Below, piece after piece: positions 24,401 to 34,300 of a stretch of DNA of 36,534 nucleotides. Position 1 is the stretch's first letter. Every line of letters starts with the position of its first letter. This DNA comes from an uncultured virus (IMG/VR IMGVR_UViG_3300044646_001664). Taxonomy: Duplodnaviria; Heunggongvirae; Uroviricota; Caudoviricetes. The translations under genes were made by a program, and so were the position numbers. The notes beneath the pieces are model-generated. The model saw nothing but the letters and a program-made list of their open reading frames with translations. It was not told where the DNA came from and ran no database searches. The stretch lies in the IMG/VR virus record IMGVR_UViG_3300044646_001664; one strand, given 5' to 3'.

Positions 24401-24742
24401 CCATGCAATTTCACTAATCTTGTTAAGGTTTTCCAAACCTTTTTGGTTCTTGGCTAGAAGGACAATGTGGTTATAGACAAGATCTTGTTGACCTTCTCTT
24501 TCAGACTTATCTCTTTTATCAGATATATCTGCACACATGTATCCTTCTAAACCAAGGATTGGCTTAATACCCTTTTCTTTTGCAGCACGATACAACTCTC
24601 TGTGACCAGAAAGTGTACCGTGATCTGTAATTGCAAGAGCGTTCATACCCAACTTGCTAGCACGGTCTACATACTCTTGTGGAGTTGCTATGCCGTCAAA
24701 TAGGGAGTAGTGAGTATGAACATGTAAGCCTACATAGTTCAT
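21455..24742 (-). CDS. dnaE: DNA polymerase III alpha subunit (family C)
   Basis: PHP domain LHVHTHYS and ITDHG; GPGRGSSAGS; PDIDTD; GIHAAG; KIDALGL; YSFNKSH. No intein. Confidence 0.96.
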   Translation of the reverse strand: MNYVGLHVHTHYSLFDGIATPQEYVDRASKLGMNALAITDHGTLSGHRELYRAAKEKGIKPILGLEGYMCADISDKRDKSEREGQQDLVYNHIVLLAKNQKGLENLNKISEIAWTDGFFKKPRFDFEILKKYKEGIIVTSACPSSVIVKALEEQEFAIAKKNINWFKDNFGSDYYIEVMPHNTPEINKYLIELADEFDIKVVVTPDCHHSDTLQKEIQEFKLILNTHEKINKEATYEKSKKKTDMMERLDYLYGEDRQITFNKFDIHLLSYEEIKAAMELQGIDRPDIYSNTTLLADTVEDYDIKDGLNLLPVQYKNPDQELANLAFAGLEKYRLTDNWLGNDIYEQRLDEELEIIRNKKFAPYFLVVSNMINWAKKEGVLVGPGRGSSAGSLVCYLLGITTIDPIEHGLLFFRFINPERNDFPDIDTDIQDTRRDEVKDYLVRQYRHVASIATFLEFKDKGVVRDVARVLDIPLTDVNKVLKLVDTWDEYCTSKTTLWFREKYPEVEIYGEQLRGRIRGTGIHAAGVVTSKDPIFRYAPLETRSSPGSDDRIPVVGVDMEEAEKIGLIKIDALGLKTLSVVKDAIDMIKQNHYKDIDLLSIDMADPKVYEMLSDGYTKGVFQCEATPYTNLLVKMGVKNFNELAASNALVRPGAMNTIGKDYIARKHGKQNVSYTHQIMKEFTDDTYGCILYQEQVMQACVHLGGMSMSDADKVRKIIGKKKDAKEFDIYKERFITGASAYIAPNQARDLWHDFEAHAGYSFNKSHAVAYSTLSYWTAWLKYYYPLEFMFALLKNEKDKDGRTEYLIEAKRMGISVKLPHINDSDLDFKIEGKGIRFGLTGIKFISNNIAEKYIAARPFKTYKELEEFTFTKGNGVNSRALNALRLIGAATFADNERNDSEIKENIYEYLNLPEFNITIPSHYYAFIQDVDSFEEKGSYILMGMVKAIKRGKGWSRVEILDKTGSVGIFDEEGTTIETGRTYLVLANDNRIVSAIPVDEIKESSNALVKFLGYKQLPYSEEEMFVVSFKPRITKAGKKMASLTLADTARDLHSVTVFPTAFPKAYMHIEEGKSYKFSFGKTKDGTVIMEDVNVS

Positions 24743-24745
24743 CTA

Positions 24746-25402
24746 TTACCAGTCTACGTTGGTAGCAGATGAAGTTGTTGGACCGTCAAAGCCTAAGTAG
24801 AATGCTTCTTGTTCAGCATAAGGAATTTTCTTTAATGCTAACTCAAGAGGATAAGGCTTAAATGCTGACCAGTCAAATGGCTCTGTATCTGGTGCACCTG
24901 GAATGGTTGTGTAACTTGTTTCAGTACCCTGACCATTTCGCTTTACTTTCCAGACTACGTTTGAGATGCTACCTGTTTCAAGTGCATACTCACGAATTGT
25001 ATTAAATGCTGATTGCTTGCTAACACCCATTGACCAAATAGCCACATACGGTGCTTCAATGCCATCGTCGACTAAAACATTGCAATAGAAACGAAGACGT
25101 GCTCTCCAGCCAGCCTTTACATCTTTACGATGCATTTCTTCTGCCCAGTCACGACCTTCTGATTCCATTGTGTCTACAGCCTTGCGCTTGTAGTCTTTTG
25201 GATTTGTATGTTCCTTAACGACTAGAGCAAGACCACGGTCTGCATTATAATTTGCAGAGTCTTCATCTAATTCTTCAATGAAACGGATTTTTACTGCTTG
25301 TCCATCGGCAATTTTTAACCATCTTACCTTTGGAGAGTTTTCATCATATTTTGGTTTTTCGAGCAGGGCATTTATATTTTTTAGTCCCTTTACTACGCTC
25401 AT
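24746..25402 (-). CDS. Single-stranded DNA-binding protein (gp32-like)
   Basis: Lies between primase and polymerase; KVKRNGQGTETSY motif; acidic/aromatic C-terminal tip; AAGGAG SD. Confidence 0.7.
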   Translation of the reverse strand: MSVVKGLKNINALLEKPKYDENSPKVRWLKIADGQAVKIRFIEELDEDSANYNADRGLALVVKEHTNPKDYKRKAVDTMESEGRDWAEEMHRKDVKAGWRARLRFYCNVLVDDGIEAPYVAIWSMGVSKQSAFNTIREYALETGSISNVVWKVKRNGQGTETSYTTIPGAPDTEPFDWSAFKPYPLELALKKIPYAEQEAFYLGFDGPTTSSATNVDW

Positions 25403-25424
25403 ATATTCTCCTTCGTTTGTTATA

Positions 25425-26348
25425 TTAGTTTAACATAGTTGATATAGATTTGTCAAATTGAAACTCTATGCTTCGAATTGCCTCATCATCCATATCGCCT
25501 ATATCTTTATATTTTTTATCTATGTTTATTACGGTCACTAATGAGCCAAGTTTTTCAATTAACTTATCTCTCATTATTGAACCAGCCTCGTCATTGTCTG
25601 CAACAAGAACAACATTGTTGAAGTATTTTGCTAACAGTTTGATCTGTGATGCAGATACGTTAGCCCCCAGAGTTGCCACTGCTGGGAATCCTACTTGGTC
25701 TAGCCTTATAGCATCAAAAGATGATTCAACTACATACACAATACTAGATGCTTTAATTCTGTGTAAGTTAAACAATATTTTACCTTTTGGAAGTCCTGGA
25801 GTATTTTTAAACTCTTTACCTTCTACAGATCGACCAACAAAGCCAAGTGTTAATCCATCTGGAGAGTGAACTGGTATAGTCAACATATCTTGTTTTTCTG
25901 AATAACCAAGTCCAAACTTTTTAACTGAATCTTCTGTTATGTATCTTCCAGCATAATATCTCATTGCTCTTGGAGACTCTAGAGCCTGATTATTTAATCT
26001 TTTAATTAACACCTCGTCATACTGAACAAAATCTGGTGGAGCATACATTGCTTTATTAATTACACTCTCAATATTAGTTTCTGTTTGTTTGCTTTTTATA
26101 TATCTTGCCGCTTCAAAATAAGTTCTACCAGTTACAAACATTACAAACTCTTCAAGATTTTTAGTTGTTTGACATCCAAAACAAAAGAATAGTCCACTAT
26201 CTTTTGCAATTTCAGCAGCAGGAGTTCTAGTGTTATTATGATATGGACAATAGATTATGTAATCATTGCCAAACTCTGCTTCGACATCAATACCTGCACC
26301 ACTAAGCACTCTTTGTATTTGTTCTTTACTATAAATGTTATTTACCAT
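25425..26348 (-). CDS. dnaG: DNA primase (Zn finger plus TOPRIM)
   Basis: CPYH...CFGC; VVESSFDA; ATLGA; ADNDEAG; KDIGD. Probable start at 26348. Confidence 0.9.
   Translation of the reverse strand: MVNNIYSKEQIQRVLSGAGIDVEAEFGNDYIIYCPYHNNTRTPAAEIAKDSGLFFCFGCQTTKNLEEFVMFVTGRTYFEAARYIKSKQTETNIESVINKAMYAPPDFVQYDEVLIKRLNNQALESPRAMRYYAGRYITEDSVKKFGLGYSEKQDMLTIPVHSPDGLTLGFVGRSVEGKEFKNTPGLPKGKILFNLHRIKASSIVYVVESSFDAIRLDQVGFPAVATLGANVSASQIKLLAKYFNNVVLVADNDEAGSIMRDKLIEKLGSLVTVINIDKKYKDIGDMDDEAIRSIEFQFDKSISTMLN
25427..25456 (-). promoter_or_regulatory. Candidate promoter for SSB within the primase 3' end
   Basis: TTGACA-N18-TAAACT with an extended TG. Confidence 0.5.
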
Positions 26349-27561
26349 CTTCGTAATCCTTATATCTGTAATAACCTTTGTCAAAATCTACTTGTACTAA
26401 AAAGTCTCCCATAAAACCGTTACGATTTTTTCTAAATACACATTCAATAATATCACTATTTGTAGCACGACCTAATGCCATAACCCAGTCAGCATCGTAA
26501 GCAATTTGTCTAGACCATGCAGTCTGACCAAGTGTTGGTGCGCTGCTTAAATCTTTTACATCGTCAGGAGTAGCAGAAGAAATAGCAATAATTGGAACCT
26601 CTTCTGATATAGCCATTAACTTTAATTCACGAGAAAGGTTTTTCATTCTAACTGTTTCATTCTCAGATTTTTGATTTGGAGACATAAGTTGTAAATAGTC
26701 TACAATTATAAAGTCTGGTTTATACTGATCAATTTTTCCACGAATAACAGATGGGTTTACTTCTCCACCACTATCATTAGAGATAATATGAAACTCTGGT
26801 TTGCCTTCTATTTTATTTTTATGCCAATTCTTTAACATATCAATTTCAACTTCACCATTGCTAAGTTTGCGATGAGACCAAAGACCTTCACCCATAATAG
26901 CAAACACACGATTACGAACTTCTGTCTCAGACATTTCTAAAGAAATAACTAATGGAGACTTACCTTGTTTCCATGCCTGAACTGCAAAGTAAAGTGCTAG
27001 CCATGATTTACCAATTCCAGGATAAGCCAAAAAGACACCTAGTTGTCCTGGCATAATTCCAGAAGGTAGGTAGTTATCAAATCCTGGTAAACCTGTTTTA
27101 ATTCCAATTTGACCAGTCTCTTTTTGTTCTTTAATCTTTTCAAAATATGCAACGGCAGACTCTAGGTCTGTTGCATCAATATCACGTATGGCAGATGTAT
27201 TCTTTTTTAGTTCAGATGTTTTTGTAATAAGACCATTAAGGGCTTCTGTGCCATTACCAGTTTGAACTTCTCCTGCTGCAGATCTTAAAATATCTTTTAG
27301 GCTATCGTTTAAGTATTCAGTCTGTAACTCTTCAAGATGGTGTTTAGTTGCACCAACATTCTCTACTGGCTGGAAGTCTCTAAACTTTTCTACAACCAAA
27401 GAGGTTGGAGGAACTACACTATTATTTTCAAAATACAACCTTATAAAATTCCAAACATCATTATGAGTCCTAAGAAGGTTTTCAACATTAGCCTGTAGAA
27501 GTACGTGCATTTGTTTGTCTTGTAATAATGCTGAGATAACTCTTGCTTCTGTATTATTCAC
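26338..27561 (-). CDS. dnaB: DnaB-like replicative helicase
   Basis: AYPGIGKS, SLEMS, IVDYLQL, QIAYDAD and KNRNG. Confidence 0.92.
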   Translation of the reverse strand: MNNTEARVISALLQDKQMHVLLQANVENLLRTHNDVWNFIRLYFENNSVVPPTSLVVEKFRDFQPVENVGATKHHLEELQTEYLNDSLKDILRSAAGEVQTGNGTEALNGLITKTSELKKNTSAIRDIDATDLESAVAYFEKIKEQKETGQIGIKTGLPGFDNYLPSGIMPGQLGVFLAYPGIGKSWLALYFAVQAWKQGKSPLVISLEMSETEVRNRVFAIMGEGLWSHRKLSNGEVEIDMLKNWHKNKIEGKPEFHIISNDSGGEVNPSVIRGKIDQYKPDFIIVDYLQLMSPNQKSENETVRMKNLSRELKLMAISEEVPIIAISSATPDDVKDLSSAPTLGQTAWSRQIAYDADWVMALGRATNSDIIECVFRKNRNGFMGDFLVQVDFDKGYYRYKDYEDGK

Positions 27562-27862
27562 TGAGCCACCTCCTTGCTAATTTTCTTCGCTCTATTCGTT
27601 CTAATGTATCTTTTTCAAAATCTAGTTTACCGTTAATAATCTTTTCTGCATTATATGCAAAATAGTTCCAATTTGGTTCTTGTGCAATACTAAAATAATA
27701 TTCTAGCAAATCATAACAAGCAGAAATACCATAGGACTCTACTAAGGCATCAGCAGACCATTGCTCTACATTTAAATTTAAAGATGGCTTTTGCTCATAC
27801 TTTGCTGTATGTAACTTACTGTACCTACTAAGCAAAGCCATGCGGTCTTTGCGTTCAGCCAT
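27554..27862 (-). CDS. Hypothetical protein upstream of the helicase
   Basis: 102-aa helical ORF coupled to dnaB. Confidence 0.7.
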   Translation of the reverse strand: MAERKDRMALLSRYSKLHTAKYEQKPSLNLNVEQWSADALVESYGISACYDLLEYYFSIAQEPNWNYFAYNAEKIINGKLDFEKDTLERIERRKLARRWLSE

Positions 27863-28074
27863 TAGTCTTTGCTATCAGCCTCTAATTGTGCTTCTTGAAT
27901 TTTTTCAGTTAGTTTGTCTTCAACAAACTTATAGACTCTATCAAAAGCCTGATCTGAGTTTTCACCATCACGCTTAGAATCAACAACCCCTAGATCAATT
28001 CTTAAAGACTGAAAATTGCCCAGATTAAGTGTATATCCTAGAGTTACTGATACTTTTGTATTATTGTTTTCCAT
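27862..28074 (-). CDS. Hypothetical protein
   Basis: Start MENNN after GGTGGGG; KVSVTLGYTLNLGNFQSLRIDLG. Confidence 0.7.
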   Translation of the reverse strand: MENNNTKVSVTLGYTLNLGNFQSLRIDLGVVDSKRDGENSDQAFDRVYKFVEDKLTEKIQEAQLEADSKD

Positions 28075-28093
28075 ACCCCACCTTTTCTCTATT

Positions 28094-28636
28094 TTAAATG
28101 TTTTCAGACCAGATTGGAATATACCTTCCGTCATCTGTCTTTGTATATGTAAGTATACCTTTTCCCATTCGTCGTGTCAACTCTTGGTTCGTAGGCGTCA
28201 TATTATTTGTTATTAGTCCATCTTTTCTTGGTTGCCCCATATGTATAGATGCCAGTATATCACGAATCACCTTCACTGCGCTTTCTGAATAGTATGATCT
28301 TATTTGCCATCCAGTTCTTCCATTAATGGTAGATCCTACTGGTGGCGGAATAACTCCTTTTTTAATTAATGTTGGCATATATTTTCTATGACGATTAATT
28401 AATCTAGCAGTCTCAGCAACCGTATACGCTTTTTCTCTATTTTTTCTAAAATCAGTTCTTAAGCAAGTCTCAACCCTATCTTTATTAATGTTATATACAG
28501 ACACTAAACCAGTAGATCTTGAACTATGGTAAAGCCTTACAAGGTCTCCATTAAGAAACCAAATTTTTTTACTTCCTTTTACTATAGACTCGTTATTGTA
28601 AGTTTGGCTCTCGATAATTCCTTTGCCAGTAACCAT
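28094..28636 (-). CDS. MerR-like HTH DNA-binding protein
   Basis: YTVAETARLINRHRKYM...GVIPPP...RSYYSE. Confidence 0.7.
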   Translation of the reverse strand: MVTGKGIIESQTYNNESIVKGSKKIWFLNGDLVRLYHSSRSTGLVSVYNINKDRVETCLRTDFRKNREKAYTVAETARLINRHRKYMPTLIKKGVIPPPVGSTINGRTGWQIRSYYSESAVKVIRDILASIHMGQPRKDGLITNNMTPTNQELTRRMGKGILTYTKTDDGRYIPIWSENI

Positions 28637-28773
28637 CTGCCCTCTCCGCTTTCAGTTGGTGGATGATAAAACCTTCTTGATCCACACCGAATACAATACG
28701 TTTCCATATGCTGTACGCTTGTATATTGTCTGTCAATAAACAAACGACCAGAACACTTACTACAAAAAATCAT
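28582..28773 (-). CDS. Small Zn-ribbon protein
   Basis: CSKCSGRLFIDR...YCIRCG. Confidence 0.65.
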   Translation of the reverse strand: MIFCSKCSGRLFIDRQYTSVQHMETYCIRCGSRRFYHPPTESGEGRWLLAKELSRAKLTITSL

Positions 28774-28786
28774 ACAAAAGTTACTT

Positions 28787-29230
28787 TTAGTTTGGAAGTC
28801 CGACAGCAATTAAGTTTACAGCCAAAGACAAGTTGCCAGAAGCATTAAACCTAACAAAGCCATCAACCTTAGAGGTTGTTATGTCTCGTAAAACAACTGT
28901 AACGTTTTGTCCTGCTGCTTCGCCAGTAATATTTTTTGCTGTTGCCGTAACTATTGGAGGAAATTTAAATTCACTTTGAAACGAATAAGTAAAAGCCTTT
29001 TCATTGCCTGCGCTAACTGTGCTATTTGAAAAAATTGGAATATAGGCTCCTATTATTTTTGCATTTGATGTTTTTATTGTTTCTTTACTTGACGATCCGT
29101 TATCAATAGTTGTAAAGTTATAAGTTGCAGAAGAGACCTGTGTAGACAAATCGTTTACTGCTTTTGCTAACTCATAGATATAAGTAACATCTAGTGGTTG
29201 CCCACGCTCTGGTAATGGTATTTTTGACAT
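28787..29230 (-). CDS. Virion/tail-associated protein (tail-tip beta-sandwich-like)
   Basis: AGGAGG SD; FKFPPIVTATA...VNLIAVG pattern; last gene of the tail block. Confidence 0.55.
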   Translation of the reverse strand: MSKIPLPERGQPLDVTYIYELAKAVNDLSTQVSSATYNFTTIDNGSSSKETIKTSNAKIIGAYIPIFSNSTVSAGNEKAFTYSFQSEFKFPPIVTATAKNITGEAAGQNVTVVLRDITTSKVDGFVRFNASGNLSLAVNLIAVGLPN

Positions 29231-29245
29231 TTATCCTCCTGTTTA

Positions 29246-29254
29246 ATTATACCA
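29246..29254 (-). promoter_or_regulatory. Extended -10 promoter overlapping a stop codon
   Basis: TGGTATAAT followed by AGGAGG and ATG. Confidence 0.55.
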
Positions 29255-29675
29255 AAGAAACTATACTTGATTCAAATATAGTTAATTCAGCATTTCTTGT
29301 CTTGTTAATTCCTTCAACCTGGACTGCAACCCTAACATTTATTGTAGCAGAATCTTTTTTAACAAATCCATATGTGTGTATTGGCGATGTTCCGTGATAC
29401 TCATAGGTTCCGTTGTCAAATTTTACAAAAATATCATATTTGGGTCTAGTATTCTCATCACCCCAGACTGCAATTAAACTATTTCCGTTTCTCGAAAGAT
29501 TTCCGCTTACAGGCTCAATGGTATTTGCAACTGCTGTAAATATTGAAGAATAATGAGAAGTTCTGTTTTTATCATCAGACACAATCCTGTATCTTAAAAC
29601 ATACTCATTGTCGTCATTTACTGGTGGCAATTGACTCCTTGGAATAACTAATTTTTTAATCCCTGCATCAGCCAT
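29247..29675 (-). CDS. Minor tail protein (beta-rich)
   Basis: YVLRYRIVSDDKNRTSHYS; tail-block position. Confidence 0.6.
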   Translation of the reverse strand: MADAGIKKLVIPRSQLPPVNDDNEYVLRYRIVSDDKNRTSHYSSIFTAVANTIEPVSGNLSRNGNSLIAVWGDENTRPKYDIFVKFDNGTYEYHGTSPIHTYGFVKKDSATINVRVAVQVEGINKTRNAELTIFESSIVSLV

Positions 29676-30859
29676 TACGACACACCAACAGAAAATCTAA
29701 ATTCAACATAGTTGCTAGTATTGGGAGACTTTATAACGGTTTCTTGATTTTCATTTTTTACAATAGAATACCCCGTTAGTCCATAAAGTGGATTAACTGT
29801 TTGAGTATTTTCTAATCTTAAAGCATCTAATGCAATATAATAGTTATTAGAAGGAACATTAAACTCTCCACTTTCATCTGTAATAACACAAGCATAAATT
29901 TTTATTACAGTTGCTATTTCCCAACTAAAATTTTCTGTTTTGTATAAATCTTGTAATTTTTTTGATATTACAAAATATCTATTTTCTTCAAAGTCTGCAA
30001 GTGTATTGTACTCTCCTTCTGAATCTGCCAAATTTCCAGAACTTCCCTGGTTTAGTTCTGCTTCAAACCTTGCATACTGTGCTCCGTCAGGAGAAGAAAA
30101 CTCAACAAGAATTCTAACTGTTTCAGGTATTGAGGCTGAATTTCCATCTCTGTTTACTAAAGAAAACGCTAATTTTAATTCATCGTTTGGAGAGTTTCTT
30201 GATAGATCAATGTTGGCTCCTGTTAATCTTATATGATTTGATTCTGATTCAATTACAAAGTGATCAAGGGTTTCATCGCTTTCAGAACTAAGAGTTAAGT
30301 TTGCTTGATCGCCCCTAATTAAAATTACGTTATTTAAAAACCTACACCTTTCATACCTATTTGCACGAGATGGATTAAAGAAAATAGTGTTATCGGCATT
30401 TGTTTTAAATACTACACCGTTATTATCAAGAATTATATTGCCAGCGCCACCATCAAGCGCTTCAGGCTTTGATAGAATTTCTGTCGTTGCAGCGCTAGTA
30501 GCATACTGCCAACCTTCTGTTGTTGTAAATGCAAAAATTGTTTTACTATCGTAAACTCCAGCAGAAGGATTTGATCCAGCAGAGTATAAACCTATTTCTG
30601 ATATTTCATATCTTTCTTCTGTTGGTAATTCTGCAGTAAATACAATTTTGTCAACACCGTTTTCGTTTACAAATCCTCTAGAAGAGATTGGCACTCTAAA
30701 CATTTCAAATTCTAAATTCTTTTTTAAAGAAAAATCTGCAGAAGTATCGTTAGTATCTAGTGGTGTTGGTCCACATCCAATTGCAATATATGACGCATAT
30801 GCTGGAGCCTGGCCAAGCAAATATTTGCCAATAATATTTTTCCCAATACTGGTTATCAT
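29675..30859 (-). CDS. Minor tail/baseplate-like protein
   Basis: MITSIGKNII...YIAIGCG...FTAELP...ISEIGLY resembles tail-collar/baseplate N-termini. Confidence 0.65.
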   Translation of the reverse strand: MITSIGKNIIGKYLLGQAPAYASYIAIGCGPTPLDTNDTSADFSLKKNLEFEMFRVPISSRGFVNENGVDKIVFTAELPTEERYEISEIGLYSAGSNPSAGVYDSKTIFAFTTTEGWQYATSAATTEILSKPEALDGGAGNIILDNNGVVFKTNADNTIFFNPSRANRYERCRFLNNVILIRGDQANLTLSSESDETLDHFVIESESNHIRLTGANIDLSRNSPNDELKLAFSLVNRDGNSASIPETVRILVEFSSPDGAQYARFEAELNQGSSGNLADSEGEYNTLADFEENRYFVISKKLQDLYKTENFSWEIATVIKIYACVITDESGEFNVPSNNYYIALDALRLENTQTVNPLYGLTGYSIVKNENQETVIKSPNTSNYVEFRFSVGVS

Positions 30860-31365
30860 GATTCATTCCCATCAAATTGCACAATATATATTGTACCACT
30901 TGTGCTTAGTTCAACCTCAATTTGCTCATCATTGTTTAAACCTATTGCCTCTATAATTAGATCGCCTTGCCCATCAACGTAAACATTTGCATCATTTAAT
31001 CCATTGCCCTTATTTGGAGTTTTTTCATTAAAATTAATAGAAAATCCAGAAAAGTATTGATCTGATGTTTTTTGTAAACCAAGAATGTTATTAGGATTGT
31101 ACTGTTGCTGTAAGGACTTGATGTTTTTTATTGGTTCATAAGATATGTCTTGTCCATTAATTGTGTCATTTCTTGATATGCTTACTAATTCTTGAGCAGA
31201 AAGGTCTTCAAAATATAACGTCGCCATTTCGTTTATTAATTGATCATTATCTTCAAACAATATAATATCTGGTGTTGCTGCTTTTATATGATTAACATTT
31301 GATGTTGACAGTATTTGATTTAAGGTTGCGGGAGTTTGTGGTGTTGCAGATAAACTAATTGACAT
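30856..31365 (-). CDS. Minor tail protein
   Basis: 169-aa ORF coupled within the tail operon. Confidence 0.6.
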   Translation of the reverse strand: MSISLSATPQTPATLNQILSTSNVNHIKAATPDIILFEDNDQLINEMATLYFEDLSAQELVSISRNDTINGQDISYEPIKNIKSLQQQYNPNNILGLQKTSDQYFSGFSINFNEKTPNKGNGLNDANVYVDGQGDLIIEAIGLNNDEQIEVELSTSGTIYIVQFDGNES

Positions 31366-31367
31366 TT

Positions 31368-34300
31368 TTATACCTCACTTAAATAAATAGTCATATCTGG
31401 ACCATCTATATTTCTTGAATACTCTATATTATATACTACAAACCTATCATTTTCTGTAGCAACTAAATCTAAATCATTAGAATCTTTATAATTAATTGTT
31501 ACAATATCTCCTAGTTGTATTGTTGGTGTAGCAAATATTTTTACACCTATTGATTTTTTAGGAGTCATAATTTTATTAATAATCCATCCCATTAGGGCTT
31601 CTGCATCATCTTCTGTTTGAATATAGTCAGTGCTTATAGAAAATTCATTTTTGCCATAAATCAACCTACTTAATTTAATTTCATCATATTTGTTTTTTTG
31701 AACTAATGGAGAATAAGTTAAGGTATTTCCTTTAAATGGTGGGTCTGAAAGATTTCCTTTTTTCTTAAAATATTCATCTACTGTTAGTTCGTGAGTTGTG
31801 TTTTGTGTAAAAGCAATACCCTGAATTCTTAACCAATTTCCCGCTGTTTCATCTAACACTAAAAAATTATCTGTTGAATTAAATATTAAAAATTCAGCAC
31901 CATACGAGTCTGAGTAAAAACCAGAAACTGTGTATGCAAGGTTTTTATTGATTGGTGGAGCCAACTTAGAGTATAGGGCTGGATATGCTTTATCATACCT
32001 AATATTAAAATAGGCGCACTCACGCATTATAGATCCAAACTCTTCAAAATATATGTTATATTTGGGTGGCTGTTGTGCACTTATTCCAGAGAGGTGAGTT
32101 GATTGAACAACTCCACTCATTGCATACTTTCTAAATGATTCATTAGTGCCAACCTCTTTATTTTTAAATGCAGAGGATAATGTTTCTGTTACGGAAGAGT
32201 CAAAACCTTCAGCATAGTTTCCAGATAAAGCATAAACATGTTCAAACATGCATCTTGAAGATCCACGAGAAAATAATGCCATATTATTGTATATTGGAAG
32301 TGGGTCGGTATCGTCAACAACTTGAATTAACTGATTATTAATATATAGAAAAAACCTTCTTGTATTACCAATATCTTGATATTCTACCGTTAGATCATAT
32401 ACCGTTGTGTCTTCTTCTGCTGATACTCTTTGATACCCTGCAAAAGTTCCACTGTCAACATTTATTTGAGTAAGTCCGCCATACAACTTAATTGGAATTG
32501 CCTTGTCTGATGCGGTTTCTTTTTTAATTTTATAGAATACAACATTGTTAATAGAGATGTTTGACTGACCGCTTTGATTTAAATTTAAATACGATTCAAC
32601 ATTATTTGCTGTTAATGCAATAATTTCAAAATAATAGCCATTGTTTGTTTCGGGATTAACCAAAATACCAATGCCTCCAGACCCTCCACCAATGTTTGGA
32701 TCTTGAGTTGGCACTGTGCTGCCAGTCTGATAGTATGTCATAGTGCCAAATGGCGTTTGACCCCTTATCTCATTATTTTCTATTTTTCCAACAACTCTAA
32801 TCCTAGTTCCAAATGTTTTAAAGGCACTGTCTAATTTTTTATAAACATAAGAAACAAAATTAATAGGGTTTTCTGTGGGTTTAAATGATGGTCCATTAAT
32901 AATTAAAGCAGAAGCCTGAACAACTCCAGCCCGAGTTGATGATAATTGGTTTACTTCTGTTTCTGTTAAAAAATTTGTAACATTTGAATTTTTAATAATT
33001 CCATTTCTAGATGCTTGTTTTGCTAAGTCATTACTAATTCCTGCAGCACCTATAGATGTTGCGGGTATTGTAGGATTAATTTCTGTTGTAAATAAATATT
33101 GAGATTGCATTTCTATTCCACGAACATTGTTTTTATCAGACCAATAGGGATTTATTCCTGCAAAATGAGAAGTTACTTGAGTTCCAAACTGACCACGACC
33201 GTGTTCATAAACTTCTCCTGCCTGCAACCTTGTTATAGAACCAATTGACTCGTAATATGGTGTTGAAAAAATACGAATAAGACCAGTTCGATATATTTTT
33301 CCGTTAAAAGGAAGGGCTGCAAAATATTTTTGATACTCTTGGTTATTAGAAATGTATACGTTTCCAACTCCAGTAATACTGTATTGTACGGCATCATACC
33401 TTATAATTTCTCCGTTTGAATAAAAATATCCCTGATTTCTTGACAAATAATATACGTTTTCTCCAATGTCAATTGTATTATTAATAATTGAATTACCAAA
33501 AACAGTTGGTAATTCGTTAGATAAATCTGAGTTTAATGGCATTGCTGCTAAAATATAGTTTCCATTTTCACTTATTTTTTCATTTATTGTTTTTAACGGC
33601 TCGACGTTAGCAACTTCCCAAAGCAAGGTTGGTTTATAAATCCAAGTTTTTTCTTCTTCAAGAACGTTTGCTTGGTTAACAGATCCATAAGATCTTTGAA
33701 TATACCTTGTTGTATAATTTATTTTGCCATCATTAAATATTGTTTTATCTTCAGCAGTTATTGCAATAATGTTTGGGATATTTGATGTTGTTTGATTTTC
33801 AATAATGCCAGAAACTGACTGATTATTGTTTCCAAGCAACTGGATATCTGCACTTCTTTGAAGTTCTGTTGGCATTAAGTAGTCTTTGCTCATTACAATA
33901 AAATTGTTATATTCATCAAAAAACATTGATGTTTGTGTTGCTACTGCAAGTTGATTTAAAACTTCAGCAACATTCTGATCTGGTGCTATAAATAAATAAG
34001 GAATTATGGGGTCTTGCTCGTTGTCAACTCTTTTAAAAGAATAATTAGCAAATCCAATATAATCTAGCAATAAACAAATAGCATAACTAAGTGATACATT
34101 TGTAACAAGCATTCTTGGTGCTGGCATAGACTCTAAAAAGAAATAAAAATCTCTTAACTCTAAAGATAAAATACCTCCAGTTACATCAGACTGGGGCATG
34201 CCCTCTGAGTACAAGGTTTTTATAGGTACGCAATAGTCATAGTTTTCTACATTAAGAATTTTTTCATAAAAAGTAAACTTAATATTTTTTCTTAAATAGT

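Noticed and set aside
14440..27561. Inteins or introns in terL, recA, dnaE or dnaB
   Set aside because: Lengths are ordinary, motifs are contiguous, and no splice-junction or homing-endonuclease motifs are seen.
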